From assembly GCA_048538235.1 (NCBI GenBank), contig JBLYPX010000001.1, positions 745,554 to 785,010 on the forward strand: a stretch of 39,457 nucleotides of DNA. The letters run 5' to 3'. The notes under the pieces were generated by a model. The model saw nothing but the letters and a program-made list of their open reading frames with translations, searched no databases and had not been told where the DNA came from. This DNA is from Candidatus Komeilibacteria bacterium. Lineage in GTDB: Bacteria > Patescibacteriota > Patescibacteriia > UBA1558. Position numbers and translations under genes: made by a program. Positions 15,332-24,320 of the stretch are shown here, in pieces (the stretch's first letter is position 1; every line of letters starts with the position of its first letter).

Positions 15332-17929
15332 ATGTTTTTACAAAAACTAGAAATACAAGGATTTAAATCTTTTGCTAACAAAACCACATTAGAATTCAAT
15401 AAAGACTTAACAGCTGTTGTTGGTCCTAATGGTTCTGGTAAATCAAATATTGCAGATGCTGTTCGCTGGGTACTCGGTGAACAAAGTTTAAAAGTACTAC
15501 GTGGTAAAAAATCTCAAGATGTAATATTTGCCGGTTCAGACAAAAAGACTCGCCTAGGCATGGCCGAGGTTAATTTGTATTTAAATAATGAGGACGGCAA
15601 AGCACCAATAGATTATAAAGAGGTTGTTATTAGCAGAAGAATATATAGAAATGGTGAAACAGAATATTTAATAAATAAAAACAAAGTTAGATTATCTGAC
15701 ATACAAATGCTAATGGCTAAATCTAGCTTTGGGCAAAGATCATATTCTATTGTTGGCCAAGGAATGGTTGAATCTATTTTAACTTCATCACCACAAGAGA
15801 GAAAAGAATTTTTTGACGAAGCTACTGGCGTTAGACAATACCAAATAAAGAGAGAGCAAAGTTTAAATAAATTAGAAAAAACTTACGAAAATTTACAACA
15901 ATCTGAACAGCTATTAAAAGAAATTGAACCAAGGTTAAAATCTTTGACCAGATCAATGAAACGCTTGGAAGAAAAAGCTGAAGCTATTAAGGAATTAGAT
16001 AAATTACAAAACGAATACTATGGTCAGATATATTTTGGACTAACAGAAGAATTAGATAGAAATAATGATAATTTTAAAACACTAGAAACAACCCGAAGAA
16101 GAACTGAAGAGGAAATTTCCCAAATACAACAAAGTTTAGATAAAATTGAAGCAGAAGATAGTCGCACACAAAGTTTTAGAGCCATTGAAGATAAATATTC
16201 TCAATTGGTTGGTGAAAAGAACCGTTTATTACAAGAAATATCTCTCTTGCAAGGTAAAATAGATTTAAAACTAACCTCTTCTGGACAGGCAAATATTGTT
16301 TGGCTACAAAAGAAATCTCAAGACCTTTCTGTTGAATTAACATCTCTGCAAGAACAGCTAGAAACAGTCAGGAACAGAGAAAAAGAAAAAAGTGCACTCT
16401 TGGAAGAAAAAACAAAAGAACAATCTGCAATAGTTGCTGAATTTGATAACATTAGAGACAAGCTTCTAGGAATACAAAAGAATGTTGGTAATGACGATAA
16501 CTTAACCGCCATACATGATAAAGTTATATCGCTTAAAGACGCATATAAAGATTTTATGGATGACCTAGACAGAGCTAGTGCTGTTGAAGAAATTAATGAA
16601 TTAAAAGAAACTGCCAAACAAATATCTATACTAATTCAATCATTAAACAGTAATCTTAAAGAAACTTCTCCAACTAGCGCCCAAGAAATAGTTTTCCTTG
16701 AGGAAAAAATGAATCAATTTTTAACCAGTAAAGATAATCTAGTTGATGAAATTAATCAAATTAGAGTTGAATTAGAAATTGCTAAAACACAAACAGAGCA
16801 AGTCAATAACAGACTTAAGATAACAAGTGACGAGAAAGAAAAGATAGACAACGAGATTACTGCCAACACCCAAGATACAGATGATGAAAAGCAAGCTGCC
16901 CTACAGAAGCAAAAGAAAGAGCTACAACTTAACCTAGAACAAGTAAATGCTAGTTTAGAACTTGCTAAACAAGAAATAGATAATTTTAATAATCAAGCAG
17001 AAGCAAAACAAGGTAAACTTATACAATCTCAAAAGAAAGCTAGAGAGCTACAAATAACACTTAATGATCAGAATAACAAAATCAATCAAATCAATATTGA
17101 AATTGCTAAGATAGAAACAAAGCTTGAAGATTTAAATGAAGAAATTAAAAATGAAAAGGGATCAGACTGGTCGCCAACAAAACCGTTAGCTGAAATAGAT
17201 ATTGAAAGCAGTAGACAAAAAATAGTTACTTTAAAAAATAAACTTGCTCTGATCGGTGGAATAGATCAAGGAATATCTGAAGAATATGAAGAAGTAAAGG
17301 AAAGATTTAATTTCTTAGATGAGCAGTGTAGTGACCTTAATCAATCAATCACTACCCTGCAAGACGTAATACAAGAACTAGATGAAAAAATTGAAAAACA
17401 ATTTGAAACTAATTTCACTGTAATTAATGATGAGTTTAAAAAATACTTCAATATATTATTCAGTGGTGGAAAAGCTAGCTTAACTTTAAACAAAAGAGAG
17501 GAAGAAGAAACAGACGAAGAGGAAGAAAAAGAAGAGATTTCACCAATTAAAAAACTTAAGAAGAAACTCACAGACACTGAAATAGAAATAAAAGCATCCC
17601 CTCCTGGAAAAAAGATAGATACTTTGAGTACTCTATCTGGTGGAGAAAAAGCTATGACAGCTATTGCCCTTATCTGTGCAATTATTTCTTCAAACCCATC
17701 ACCATTTGTAATACTAGACGAAGTTGATGCTGCTCTAGATGAAGCTAATGCTGGTAGATATGTAGCTATTATTAATGAACTATCTGACAAAACTCAATTT
17801 ATTGCTGTAACTCATAACAGAGTAACAATGCATCACGCTAGCATTCTATACGGTGTTACTATGGGAAATGACAGCGTTTCTAGACTATTATCCATAAACC
17901 TAAAAGAAGCCGAAACATATACCCAATAA
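15332..17929 (+). CDS. smc: SMC chromosome segregation protein, short, no recognisable hinge
   Basis: MFLQKLEIQGFKSF start, Walker A GPNGSGKSN, signature LSGGEK, Walker B LDEVDAALD; about 865 aa. Confidence 0.9.
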   Translation: MFLQKLEIQGFKSFANKTTLEFNKDLTAVVGPNGSGKSNIADAVRWVLGEQSLKVLRGKKSQDVIFAGSDKKTRLGMAEVNLYLNNEDGKAPIDYKEVVISRRIYRNGETEYLINKNKVRLSDIQMLMAKSSFGQRSYSIVGQGMVESILTSSPQERKEFFDEATGVRQYQIKREQSLNKLEKTYENLQQSEQLLKEIEPRLKSLTRSMKRLEEKAEAIKELDKLQNEYYGQIYFGLTEELDRNNDNFKTLETTRRRTEEEISQIQQSLDKIEAEDSRTQSFRAIEDKYSQLVGEKNRLLQEISLLQGKIDLKLTSSGQANIVWLQKKSQDLSVELTSLQEQLETVRNREKEKSALLEEKTKEQSAIVAEFDNIRDKLLGIQKNVGNDDNLTAIHDKVISLKDAYKDFMDDLDRASAVEEINELKETAKQISILIQSLNSNLKETSPTSAQEIVFLEEKMNQFLTSKDNLVDEINQIRVELEIAKTQTEQVNNRLKITSDEKEKIDNEITANTQDTDDEKQAALQKQKKELQLNLEQVNASLELAKQEIDNFNNQAEAKQGKLIQSQKKARELQITLNDQNNKINQINIEIAKIETKLEDLNEEIKNEKGSDWSPTKPLAEIDIESSRQKIVTLKNKLALIGGIDQGISEEYEEVKERFNFLDEQCSDLNQSITTLQDVIQELDEKIEKQFETNFTVINDEFKKYFNILFSGGKASLTLNKREEEETDEEEEKEEISPIKKLKKKLTDTEIEIKASPPGKKIDTLSTLSGGEKAMTAIALICAIISSNPSPFVILDEVDAALDEANAGRYVAIINELSDKTQFIAVTHNRVTMHHASILYGVTMGNDSVSRLLSINLKEAETYTQ

Positions 17930-17942
17930 TATAATTTACAAT

Positions 17943-17966
17943 AAAGCGCCTAATATGGCGCTTTTT
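17943..17966 (+). terminator. smc terminator
   Basis: AAAGCGCC/GGCGCTTT stem plus T-run. Confidence 0.8.
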
Positions 17967-17969
17967 GTA

Positions 17970-17998
17970 TTGACAAGAAATAGCCACTATGGTATATT
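17970..17998 (+). promoter_or_regulatory. rpsO promoter
   Basis: TTGACA-17-TATATT. Confidence 0.75.
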
Positions 17999-18080
17999 CC
18001 AGTCACTAATTAATTACTCAAGCTAGGAAATGCGTAAGCTAACATAACGTTATTCTTGGCATGAGCGAAAGGCAAAAAAC

Positions 18081-18413
18081 ATGTTAGATAAGAAAAAAAA
18101 GGATAAACTCATTGAAAAGTTTAAAACACATGACAATGACACTGGTTCTCCAGAGGTGCAGATTGCTATCCTATCTGCTGAAATCACAGAATTAACAGAA
18201 CACCTTAAAGAACATCGTAAAGACTTCTCTTCAAGAAGAGGTTTAATCCGTAAAGTTAATCAAAGACGTAAATTACTTCGTTACTTAGAAAAAACAGACG
18301 AAAAAAGTTTTGAAAATATGGTAAAGAAGTTAAAGATAAAAATAGCTAGACGTGAAGTAACAAACGAAGAGCCTTCTGAAGAAGAATTAAAAGAATTAGA
18401 GGAAAAAGAATAA
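18081..18413 (+). CDS. rpsO: 30S ribosomal protein S15 with acidic C-terminal extension
   Basis: DTGSPEVQIAILS..HLKEHRKDFSSRRGL. Confidence 0.97.
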   Translation: MLDKKKKDKLIEKFKTHDNDTGSPEVQIAILSAEITELTEHLKEHRKDFSSRRGLIRKVNQRRKLLRYLEKTDEKSFENMVKKLKIKIARREVTNEEPSEEELKELEEKE

Positions 18414-18419
18414 TACATA

Positions 18420-18944
18420 ATGGCTGTTTCTCACACAAATCAACGCATAGGTGTTTTTGTAGATGTTGGTAATATGTACCACTCTGCAAAAAATCTATAC
18501 AATGCTAAATTAAACTTTGGTAAAATTTTAGAATCAATAAAAGATGGTCGACAATTAGTTCGTGCCATGGCTTATGTAGTTGAAACAGAAGCAAATGAGG
18601 AAAAAGGTTTTTTTGAAGCTCTTGAAAAACAGGGTTATGAAATTAAAAGTAAAGATTTACAAATATTTCCTGGTGGCGCAAAAAAAGGTGACTGGGATGT
18701 TGGTATAGCAATTGATGCTATTACTATTGCTAATCACATTGATGTAGTAATTTTAGTAACTGGTGATGGTGACTTTATACCACTTGTTAATTTCTTAAAA
18801 AATAATAAAGGTTGTAAAGTTGAAGTAGTAGCCTTTAAACAAAGCGCATCTGCTAAATTAATAGAAGACGCAGATGAATTCCTTAATATAAGTGATGACG
18901 CGAGTAAGTATTTAATTAAAAATAGATACTCTCGCCGTAAATAA
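18420..18944 (+). CDS. NYN domain (LabA/DUF88) protein
   Basis: FVDVGN, KKGDWDVGIAID and VTGDGDF motifs. Confidence 0.9.
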   Translation: MAVSHTNQRIGVFVDVGNMYHSAKNLYNAKLNFGKILESIKDGRQLVRAMAYVVETEANEEKGFFEALEKQGYEIKSKDLQIFPGGAKKGDWDVGIAIDAITIANHIDVVILVTGDGDFIPLVNFLKNNKGCKVEVVAFKQSASAKLIEDADEFLNISDDASKYLIKNRYSRRK

Positions 18945-18954
18945 TAATAAATTT

Positions 18955-19013
18955 TACTGACCATTAGACAGATAGACTATAATAAGTTCTAGTCTATTGC
19001 TTGGTGGTCAGTA
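18955..19013 (+). promoter_or_regulatory. Long irregular hairpin in the pnp 5' leader (putative RNase III site)
   Basis: TACTGACCA/TGGTCAGTA (9 bp) and ATAGACTA/TAGTCTAT (8 bp) joined by GU-rich pairs; no U-tract. Confidence 0.6.
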
Positions 19014-19031
19014 GTAAGAAAGGAAAAAATT

Positions 19032-21269
19032 ATGTCGGAAATCAGAGAATTTTCAACATCTATTGCTGGCCGTACTCTTACAATACAAACCGGACAATTG
19101 GCTGGACAAGCCGGTGGTTCGTGTACGGTACAATATGGTGAAACTGTAGTTCTTGCTACAGCTTGTTCATCAGATAAACCTCGTGAAGGTTTTGATTTCT
19201 TCCCACTAACAGTGGATTATGAAGAAAAATTTTATGCTGCTGGAAAAATTAAGGGCAGTCGTTGGATAAAAAGAGAAGGCAGGCCTTCAGAAGAGGCTAT
19301 TTTAACAGCTCGTGTTATTGATCGTTCAATCAGACCGCTATTTAGTGAGAATGAAAGACGTGAGGTGCAAGTAGCTGTTACAGTTCTATCTTGGGATCAA
19401 GAAAATGATCCAGATATGCCTGCATTAATTGCTGCATCTTGTGCGTTAGCTATGTCACCAATGCCATGGGGCGGACCGGTTGCTGGTGTTAAAGTTGGTA
19501 GAGTAAATAATGAATGGATATTAAACCCATCATACGAAGATCTAGATAATAGCGATTTAGACGTTGTTGTTGTTGGTAAAGAAGACGGATTAATAATGCT
19601 AGAAGCTGGTTCAAAAGAAGTAAATGAAACAGATATGACAGAGGCTATTTCTTTTGGTCAAAAACATTTAGATCAAATAATTAAATTAATTAATGAAGTT
19701 GTTACTGCTGTTGGTAAAGAAAAAGCTGAATTAAAAATTGAGCAAACCGAAGAAGAGAAAGCTGCAGAACAAAAAGTTAATAACAAAGTTAAAGAATTTG
19801 TCTCAGGTAAAGATCTTACAAAAATATTTAATAAAGATAAAAAGATTACGAAGGATAATATGGAAAAACTTCGTGATGAGTTGAACGATATTTTGAAAGA
19901 AGATAATGAGATTAATAAAGAAGAAAGAGCTCGTGGTATTAACGTTTTAAACCTACACATTGATGAGGCTGCTAGAGATTTAACATTATCTGGTACTAGA
20001 ATCGATGGTCGTGGATATGATGATGTGCGTCCTTTAGGAGCACAGGTTGGTATACTACCAAGAACACATGGTACTGGACTTTTTCACCGTGGTGAAACTC
20101 AAGTACTATCTGTTGTTACTCTAGGCTCTCCTGGGGCAGAACAGTATCTAGAAAATATGGAAGATGATGGTATTAGCAAAAAAAGCTACATGCATCACTA
20201 CAACTTCCCTGGCTATTCTGTTGGCGAAGTAAGACGTATGGGTTCTCCTGGAAGAAGAGAAATTGGTCATGGAGCTTTGGCTGAAAAAGCTTTAATTCCT
20301 GTATTACCATCTAAAGAAGACTTCCCATACACAATTAGAGTTGTATCTGAAGTTATGTCATCAAACGGATCTTCTTCTCAAGCATCTGTCTGTGGCTCAA
20401 CCCTATCTTTAATGGATGCTGGTGTGCCAATTACAAGACCAGTTGCTGGTATTGCTATGGGGTTAATAACAAATCCTAAAGACTTTAACGATTACCGTAT
20501 CTTAACAGATATTCAAGGTTTTGAAGATCATGCTGGAGATATGGACTTGAAGGTAGCAGGAACAAATCAAGGTATTACAGCTATCCAATTAGACATTAAA
20601 CTAAGTTGTATTCCGCTAAAAGTCATTAGCGAAGCTTTAGTAAAAGCTAAGACAGCTAGAGAAAAGATTTTAGAAGTAATGACTAGTGCTATAGACAAAC
20701 CACGTACTGAATTATCTAAATATGCTCCACGTATTGAAACTTTACACATTGATCCAGAACAAATAAGAGATGTTATTGGTCCTGGCGGTAAAGTTATCAA
20801 TGAAATAATTGAACAGACTGGAGTAGAAATAGACATCGAACAAGATGGTACTGTAATGATTACATCAACAGATGCTGAAGGAAGCGCTAAAGCAATTGAA
20901 ATAGTTAAAGGAATAACTAAAAAGATATTAGTTGGTGAAGAATATGAAGGTGAAGTTGTTAAAATTGTTACAGATAGAAATTCTGGATCAGAAATAGGTG
21001 CAATTGTACAATTAGCACCTAATAAAGACGGAATGGTTCATATATCTAATCTTGCTAATGAACATGTTAACAGAGTATCAGATGTAGCTAAGGTTGGTGA
21101 AAAACTGAAGGTTAAGGTTATAGATGTAGATGAAGAAAAAGGTAGAATAGGTCTATCACACAAAGAATACACCGCTCCCAGAACATCTAGCGACGGTCCA
21201 AGAGACGATCATAGAAGTGATCATAGAAACGACCACCGTCCTAAGAGAAAACCTTTTTACAAGAAATAA
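19032..21269 (+). CDS. pnp: Polyribonucleotide nucleotidyltransferase
   Basis: FFPLTVDYEEK, RREIGHGALAE, SNGSSSQAS, GDMDLKVAG; KH and S1 domains. Confidence 0.97.
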   Translation: MSEIREFSTSIAGRTLTIQTGQLAGQAGGSCTVQYGETVVLATACSSDKPREGFDFFPLTVDYEEKFYAAGKIKGSRWIKREGRPSEEAILTARVIDRSIRPLFSENERREVQVAVTVLSWDQENDPDMPALIAASCALAMSPMPWGGPVAGVKVGRVNNEWILNPSYEDLDNSDLDVVVVGKEDGLIMLEAGSKEVNETDMTEAISFGQKHLDQIIKLINEVVTAVGKEKAELKIEQTEEEKAAEQKVNNKVKEFVSGKDLTKIFNKDKKITKDNMEKLRDELNDILKEDNEINKEERARGINVLNLHIDEAARDLTLSGTRIDGRGYDDVRPLGAQVGILPRTHGTGLFHRGETQVLSVVTLGSPGAEQYLENMEDDGISKKSYMHHYNFPGYSVGEVRRMGSPGRREIGHGALAEKALIPVLPSKEDFPYTIRVVSEVMSSNGSSSQASVCGSTLSLMDAGVPITRPVAGIAMGLITNPKDFNDYRILTDIQGFEDHAGDMDLKVAGTNQGITAIQLDIKLSCIPLKVISEALVKAKTAREKILEVMTSAIDKPRTELSKYAPRIETLHIDPEQIRDVIGPGGKVINEIIEQTGVEIDIEQDGTVMITSTDAEGSAKAIEIVKGITKKILVGEEYEGEVVKIVTDRNSGSEIGAIVQLAPNKDGMVHISNLANEHVNRVSDVAKVGEKLKVKVIDVDEEKGRIGLSHKEYTAPRTSSDGPRDDHRSDHRNDHRPKRKPFYKK

Positions 21270-21282
21270 TACAGATTATATG

Positions 21283-21314
21283 AAAAACACCCGTAGATAA
21301 ACGGGTGTTTTTTT
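21283..21314 (+). terminator. pnp terminator
   Basis: AAAAACACCCGT/ACGGGTGTTTTT stem plus T-run. Confidence 0.85.
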
Positions 21315-21328
21315 GTTACACTATAGTC

Positions 21329-22825
21329 ATGCTAAATTTCCTAAAAACAAATTGGTTTATTATTACCATCTGTATAATGCTTACAATTGTTTGTGTTTGG
21401 CTTATTAAAGTAGACTATTTTAAATACTCAATAGATTTAGATAAGCTATTACCTCAGGAAACAAAGCTTAGTATTAATTTAAACATGTCAGAGCTTAATA
21501 CCACAATTAATCAAAAGTCTAAGTTGTTAAAAAATAATGCTATAGGAAAAATACTAAACAATATAAACACAGAACTACAATCTACTTCTACTAATTACGA
21601 TATCTCCTGGCCCGAGAATATCATGAATTATATTGAACCAGAAATAATTTACTACATTACAGATGAAACAGAATGGGGGGTATTAGCCAAAGCTAATAAC
21701 AAGAAGTTATTATCTTACCTACAGTCATCCGGAGACTTAATAATATCTTCAACCTTTAATGATTTAAACATATATAAACTAACCACGAAAGATAATTCAA
21801 CCATATACTTCTCCTTTATAAACGGCAACACTCTTTCAATATCTTCAAGCCCAGACCTTGTTAAAACAAGTCTAGATAACTACGCAAATAATCCAGACTC
21901 TTCATGGCAACAGCGCTTCTCCATTATTAGCCTAGAGCCAATTCTTAGAATAAAAATAGATCCAAATGCTAATATTAAGCCAACAGATAACGGTATATTG
22001 GCTAAACTCTACCAAATTCTTGACCCTGTTTTACAAAAATCTGAAACAGACTTAAAACTTGAGTTTAATCAAACTGGTAATTATTTAACTTGGCAGATAT
22101 CAAACATTGGGGCAAGAAATTTTAACGCAGAATATAATAAAAACAATATTGCAGACAGCTTAACATATATAAACTTTAAACCTGACATATTGTTTGGCTC
22201 ATATGAACCAGATAAGCTTAATAACAATAAACTTGGGTCGAGTTTAGTTTGGCAAAGTCTCACAAATTATGCACTAAGCGCCACAAATGTAGACATCATA
22301 AAAGAATTAACAAATAAAATAAGAAGCAGTCTCTTAATAGCAATAAAAGATCAAACAAGCTTTATAGGAATTGTTAATAGAATAGATTTTGAAGCAACCA
22401 TTCAATTAATATATGAAATATTGGGTAAACAAAACCCCAAAAGTGTAGAGAAAATTCTGCCGGATGGTTCAAAATCCTACGAATTGATTGCAGACGAATC
22501 ACAAATACAAGAAAGAACCACAATGGTTGGAAATAAAGAAATTACAACTATATTTGCACCAAACGCAAACGCCACCTTTAATTACTATATTGATGGTAAG
22601 AAGATAATTATTAGCACTGATTATGATTTACTTGAAGAAAATCTAAAGTCTCCAATAAAAAACCCAAACCAATGCTTAATTAATACAAACTTTGCTGAAT
22701 TGCTATATTTTAACAACAAGGTAGAAAATCCATACATAAATAGCCAAAACCTAGAAGAATTCACTATTTTTGATCAAAGCTATAATGAAAATATAGTAAT
22801 AAAGGGTTGTTTAAGACTTAAATGA
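21329..22825 (+). CDS. Membrane-anchored hypothetical protein (possibly DUF3352-like)
   Basis: N-terminal TM then a long soluble domain; start moved to ATG 21329, 6 nt after TGtTACACT. Confidence 0.6.
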   Translation: MLNFLKTNWFIITICIMLTIVCVWLIKVDYFKYSIDLDKLLPQETKLSINLNMSELNTTINQKSKLLKNNAIGKILNNINTELQSTSTNYDISWPENIMNYIEPEIIYYITDETEWGVLAKANNKKLLSYLQSSGDLIISSTFNDLNIYKLTTKDNSTIYFSFINGNTLSISSSPDLVKTSLDNYANNPDSSWQQRFSIISLEPILRIKIDPNANIKPTDNGILAKLYQILDPVLQKSETDLKLEFNQTGNYLTWQISNIGARNFNAEYNKNNIADSLTYINFKPDILFGSYEPDKLNNNKLGSSLVWQSLTNYALSATNVDIIKELTNKIRSSLLIAIKDQTSFIGIVNRIDFEATIQLIYEILGKQNPKSVEKILPDGSKSYELIADESQIQERTTMVGNKEITTIFAPNANATFNYYIDGKKIIISTDYDLLEENLKSPIKNPNQCLINTNFAELLYFNNKVENPYINSQNLEEFTIFDQSYNENIVIKGCLRLK

Positions 22826-22963
22826 CCTGTGGATAATCTGTTAAGTAGTGAGTAAAACTTTTGTTCACAAAACTATAATTATAGAGACACTACCATATTT
22901 ATTTGCTAACTTTAGCCATAAAACACTGTTGACTTTTTCGTAAATTGATGATATAATGGATGT

Positions 22964-23308
22964 ATAGTAAAAGTACATTTATATATGAGATATTGCTTCA
23001 AAGCTATTTGTAGTAATTCTCAAGTATCTACTGTTATTAGTCAGCGTGACTCAGCCATGCTGCCCAAAAAACAAAAATGCAAAAAAATGCAAATAAAATA
23101 AAAATAAAAAGGTAATCCTCGCCTATTGCGGAGAAAACCATTTAAACGGTAGATATTAAGAGTTAGCTGAGATGCTCGAAATATTTTTTTGCTTCGATGT
23201 TTACAATTGCCCCCTGGCGATATGTAAGCGAAACAAGAAAACATTTAACGGGCGTTGAGGGCCATATATTAAATTTTTTTAGGGTTCATCACGCCCGTTT
23301 TATTTTTG
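22964..23308 (+). ncRNA. Candidate ~340-nt structured transcript of unknown family
   Basis: Promoter TTGACT(22929)-17-TATAAT(22952); several hairpins; terminal stem AACGGGCGT/ACGCCCGTT plus T-rich tail; only short ORFs inside. Confidence 0.45.
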
Positions 23309-23319
23309 CCAAAAAACCA

Positions 23320-23348
23320 TTGACATTTTACGTATTTTCCTTTATCCT
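23320..23348 (+). promoter_or_regulatory. Promoter for the dksA-like/lspA unit
   Basis: TTGACA-17-TATCCT. Confidence 0.65.
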
Positions 23349-23427
23349 TTAGGGGTAATTATTTACCTAAAGTAGCTAAAATAGCTATTTTATTGCAAAA
23401 AATAATATAAAAATTAACAATAAACAT

Positions 23428-23790
23428 ATGCTATCACAAGATTTCATAAACGCTAGAAAAGAAGAGTTATTAAAGAAAAAGGCTGAATTAGAGGAACAAT
23501 TGGGTTCTATTGTTAAAATTGATCGTCAAAGTACTGAATATGATGCAAAATTCCCAGATTTTGGAGATAAAGAGGATGAAAACGCTGCTGAAGTAGCCGC
23601 TTATCAAAACAACCTATCTTTAGAAGAAGATCTTAAATTCTCATTAAGCAGAATAGATAAAGCACTGCACAATATGGGAAATAATACCTATGGTCTTTGT
23701 GAGAAGTGTAATGCAGAAATTCAACCAGGAAGACTTGAAGCGTTCCCACAAGCAACGGTTTGTATGGATTGTAAACAAAAGGATATATAA
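23428..23790 (+). CDS. TraR/DksA C4-type zinc finger protein
   Basis: Coiled coil then YGLCEKC..RLEAFPQATVCMDC. Confidence 0.9.
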   Translation: MLSQDFINARKEELLKKKAELEEQLGSIVKIDRQSTEYDAKFPDFGDKEDENAAEVAAYQNNLSLEEDLKFSLSRIDKALHNMGNNTYGLCEKCNAEIQPGRLEAFPQATVCMDCKQKDI

Positions 23791-24233
23791 TGAAAAAATC
23801 ATATTTAGTAATAGTTACATTATTACTATTTATTATAGATAGAATAACAAAAATATTAGCCTTAAAGTTTTTAACTGATGGGCTTTTTTGTTGCAATCAA
23901 ATTGCAGGACTAAAACTATTACTAAATAATGGCGTTGCTTTTGGAATTCTAATTCCTAAAATATTAAGCATCACCTTAGCCAGTCTAATTATACTAATTT
24001 TAATAAATGTATTATTAAAAACAAAAACTAATCTTTTCCCTCTTCTAATTATTATAGCCGGGGCTTTTAGTAATATTTTAGATAGGCTTAATTATGATGC
24101 TGTTATAGACTTTATTACAATCAAATATATGCCCATTTTTAACCTAGCTGACATATATATAGTAATTGGGCTTATAATGCTCATATATGGCCTAAAATCG
24201 CCCAATAAAGACACTATTGCACATAATACGTAA
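23790..24233 (+). CDS. lspA: Lipoprotein signal peptidase II
   Basis: NNGVAFG, GAFSNILDR, VIDFI and FNLADIYI motifs. Confidence 0.9.
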   Translation: MKKSYLVIVTLLLFIIDRITKILALKFLTDGLFCCNQIAGLKLLLNNGVAFGILIPKILSITLASLIILILINVLLKTKTNLFPLLIIIAGAFSNILDRLNYDAVIDFITIKYMPIFNLADIYIVIGLIMLIYGLKSPNKDTIAHNT

Positions 24234-24320
24234 TATTTAATATATTACCTTGACAAAGCACTCTACGTGGTGTATTTTATTAAACTAGCCTTTTATAGAG
24301 ACGGCTATTTTAATGAACAT

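Noticed and set aside
9596-22825. Alternative genetic code 25 (UGA=Gly) as in Gracilibacteria/Absconditabacteria
   Set aside because: TGA cleanly ends hsp20 (9598) and the 21329 gene (22825), and conserved genes are full length under code 11
22964-23308. tmRNA, RNase P RNA, T-box or known riboswitch
   Set aside because: No GGGG..TTCGA..CCA tRNA-like ends, no GAGGAAAGTCC or ACAGAA..CGGCTTA, no GGTGGNACCGCG T-box; c-di-GMP and ZTP consensus only superficially matched
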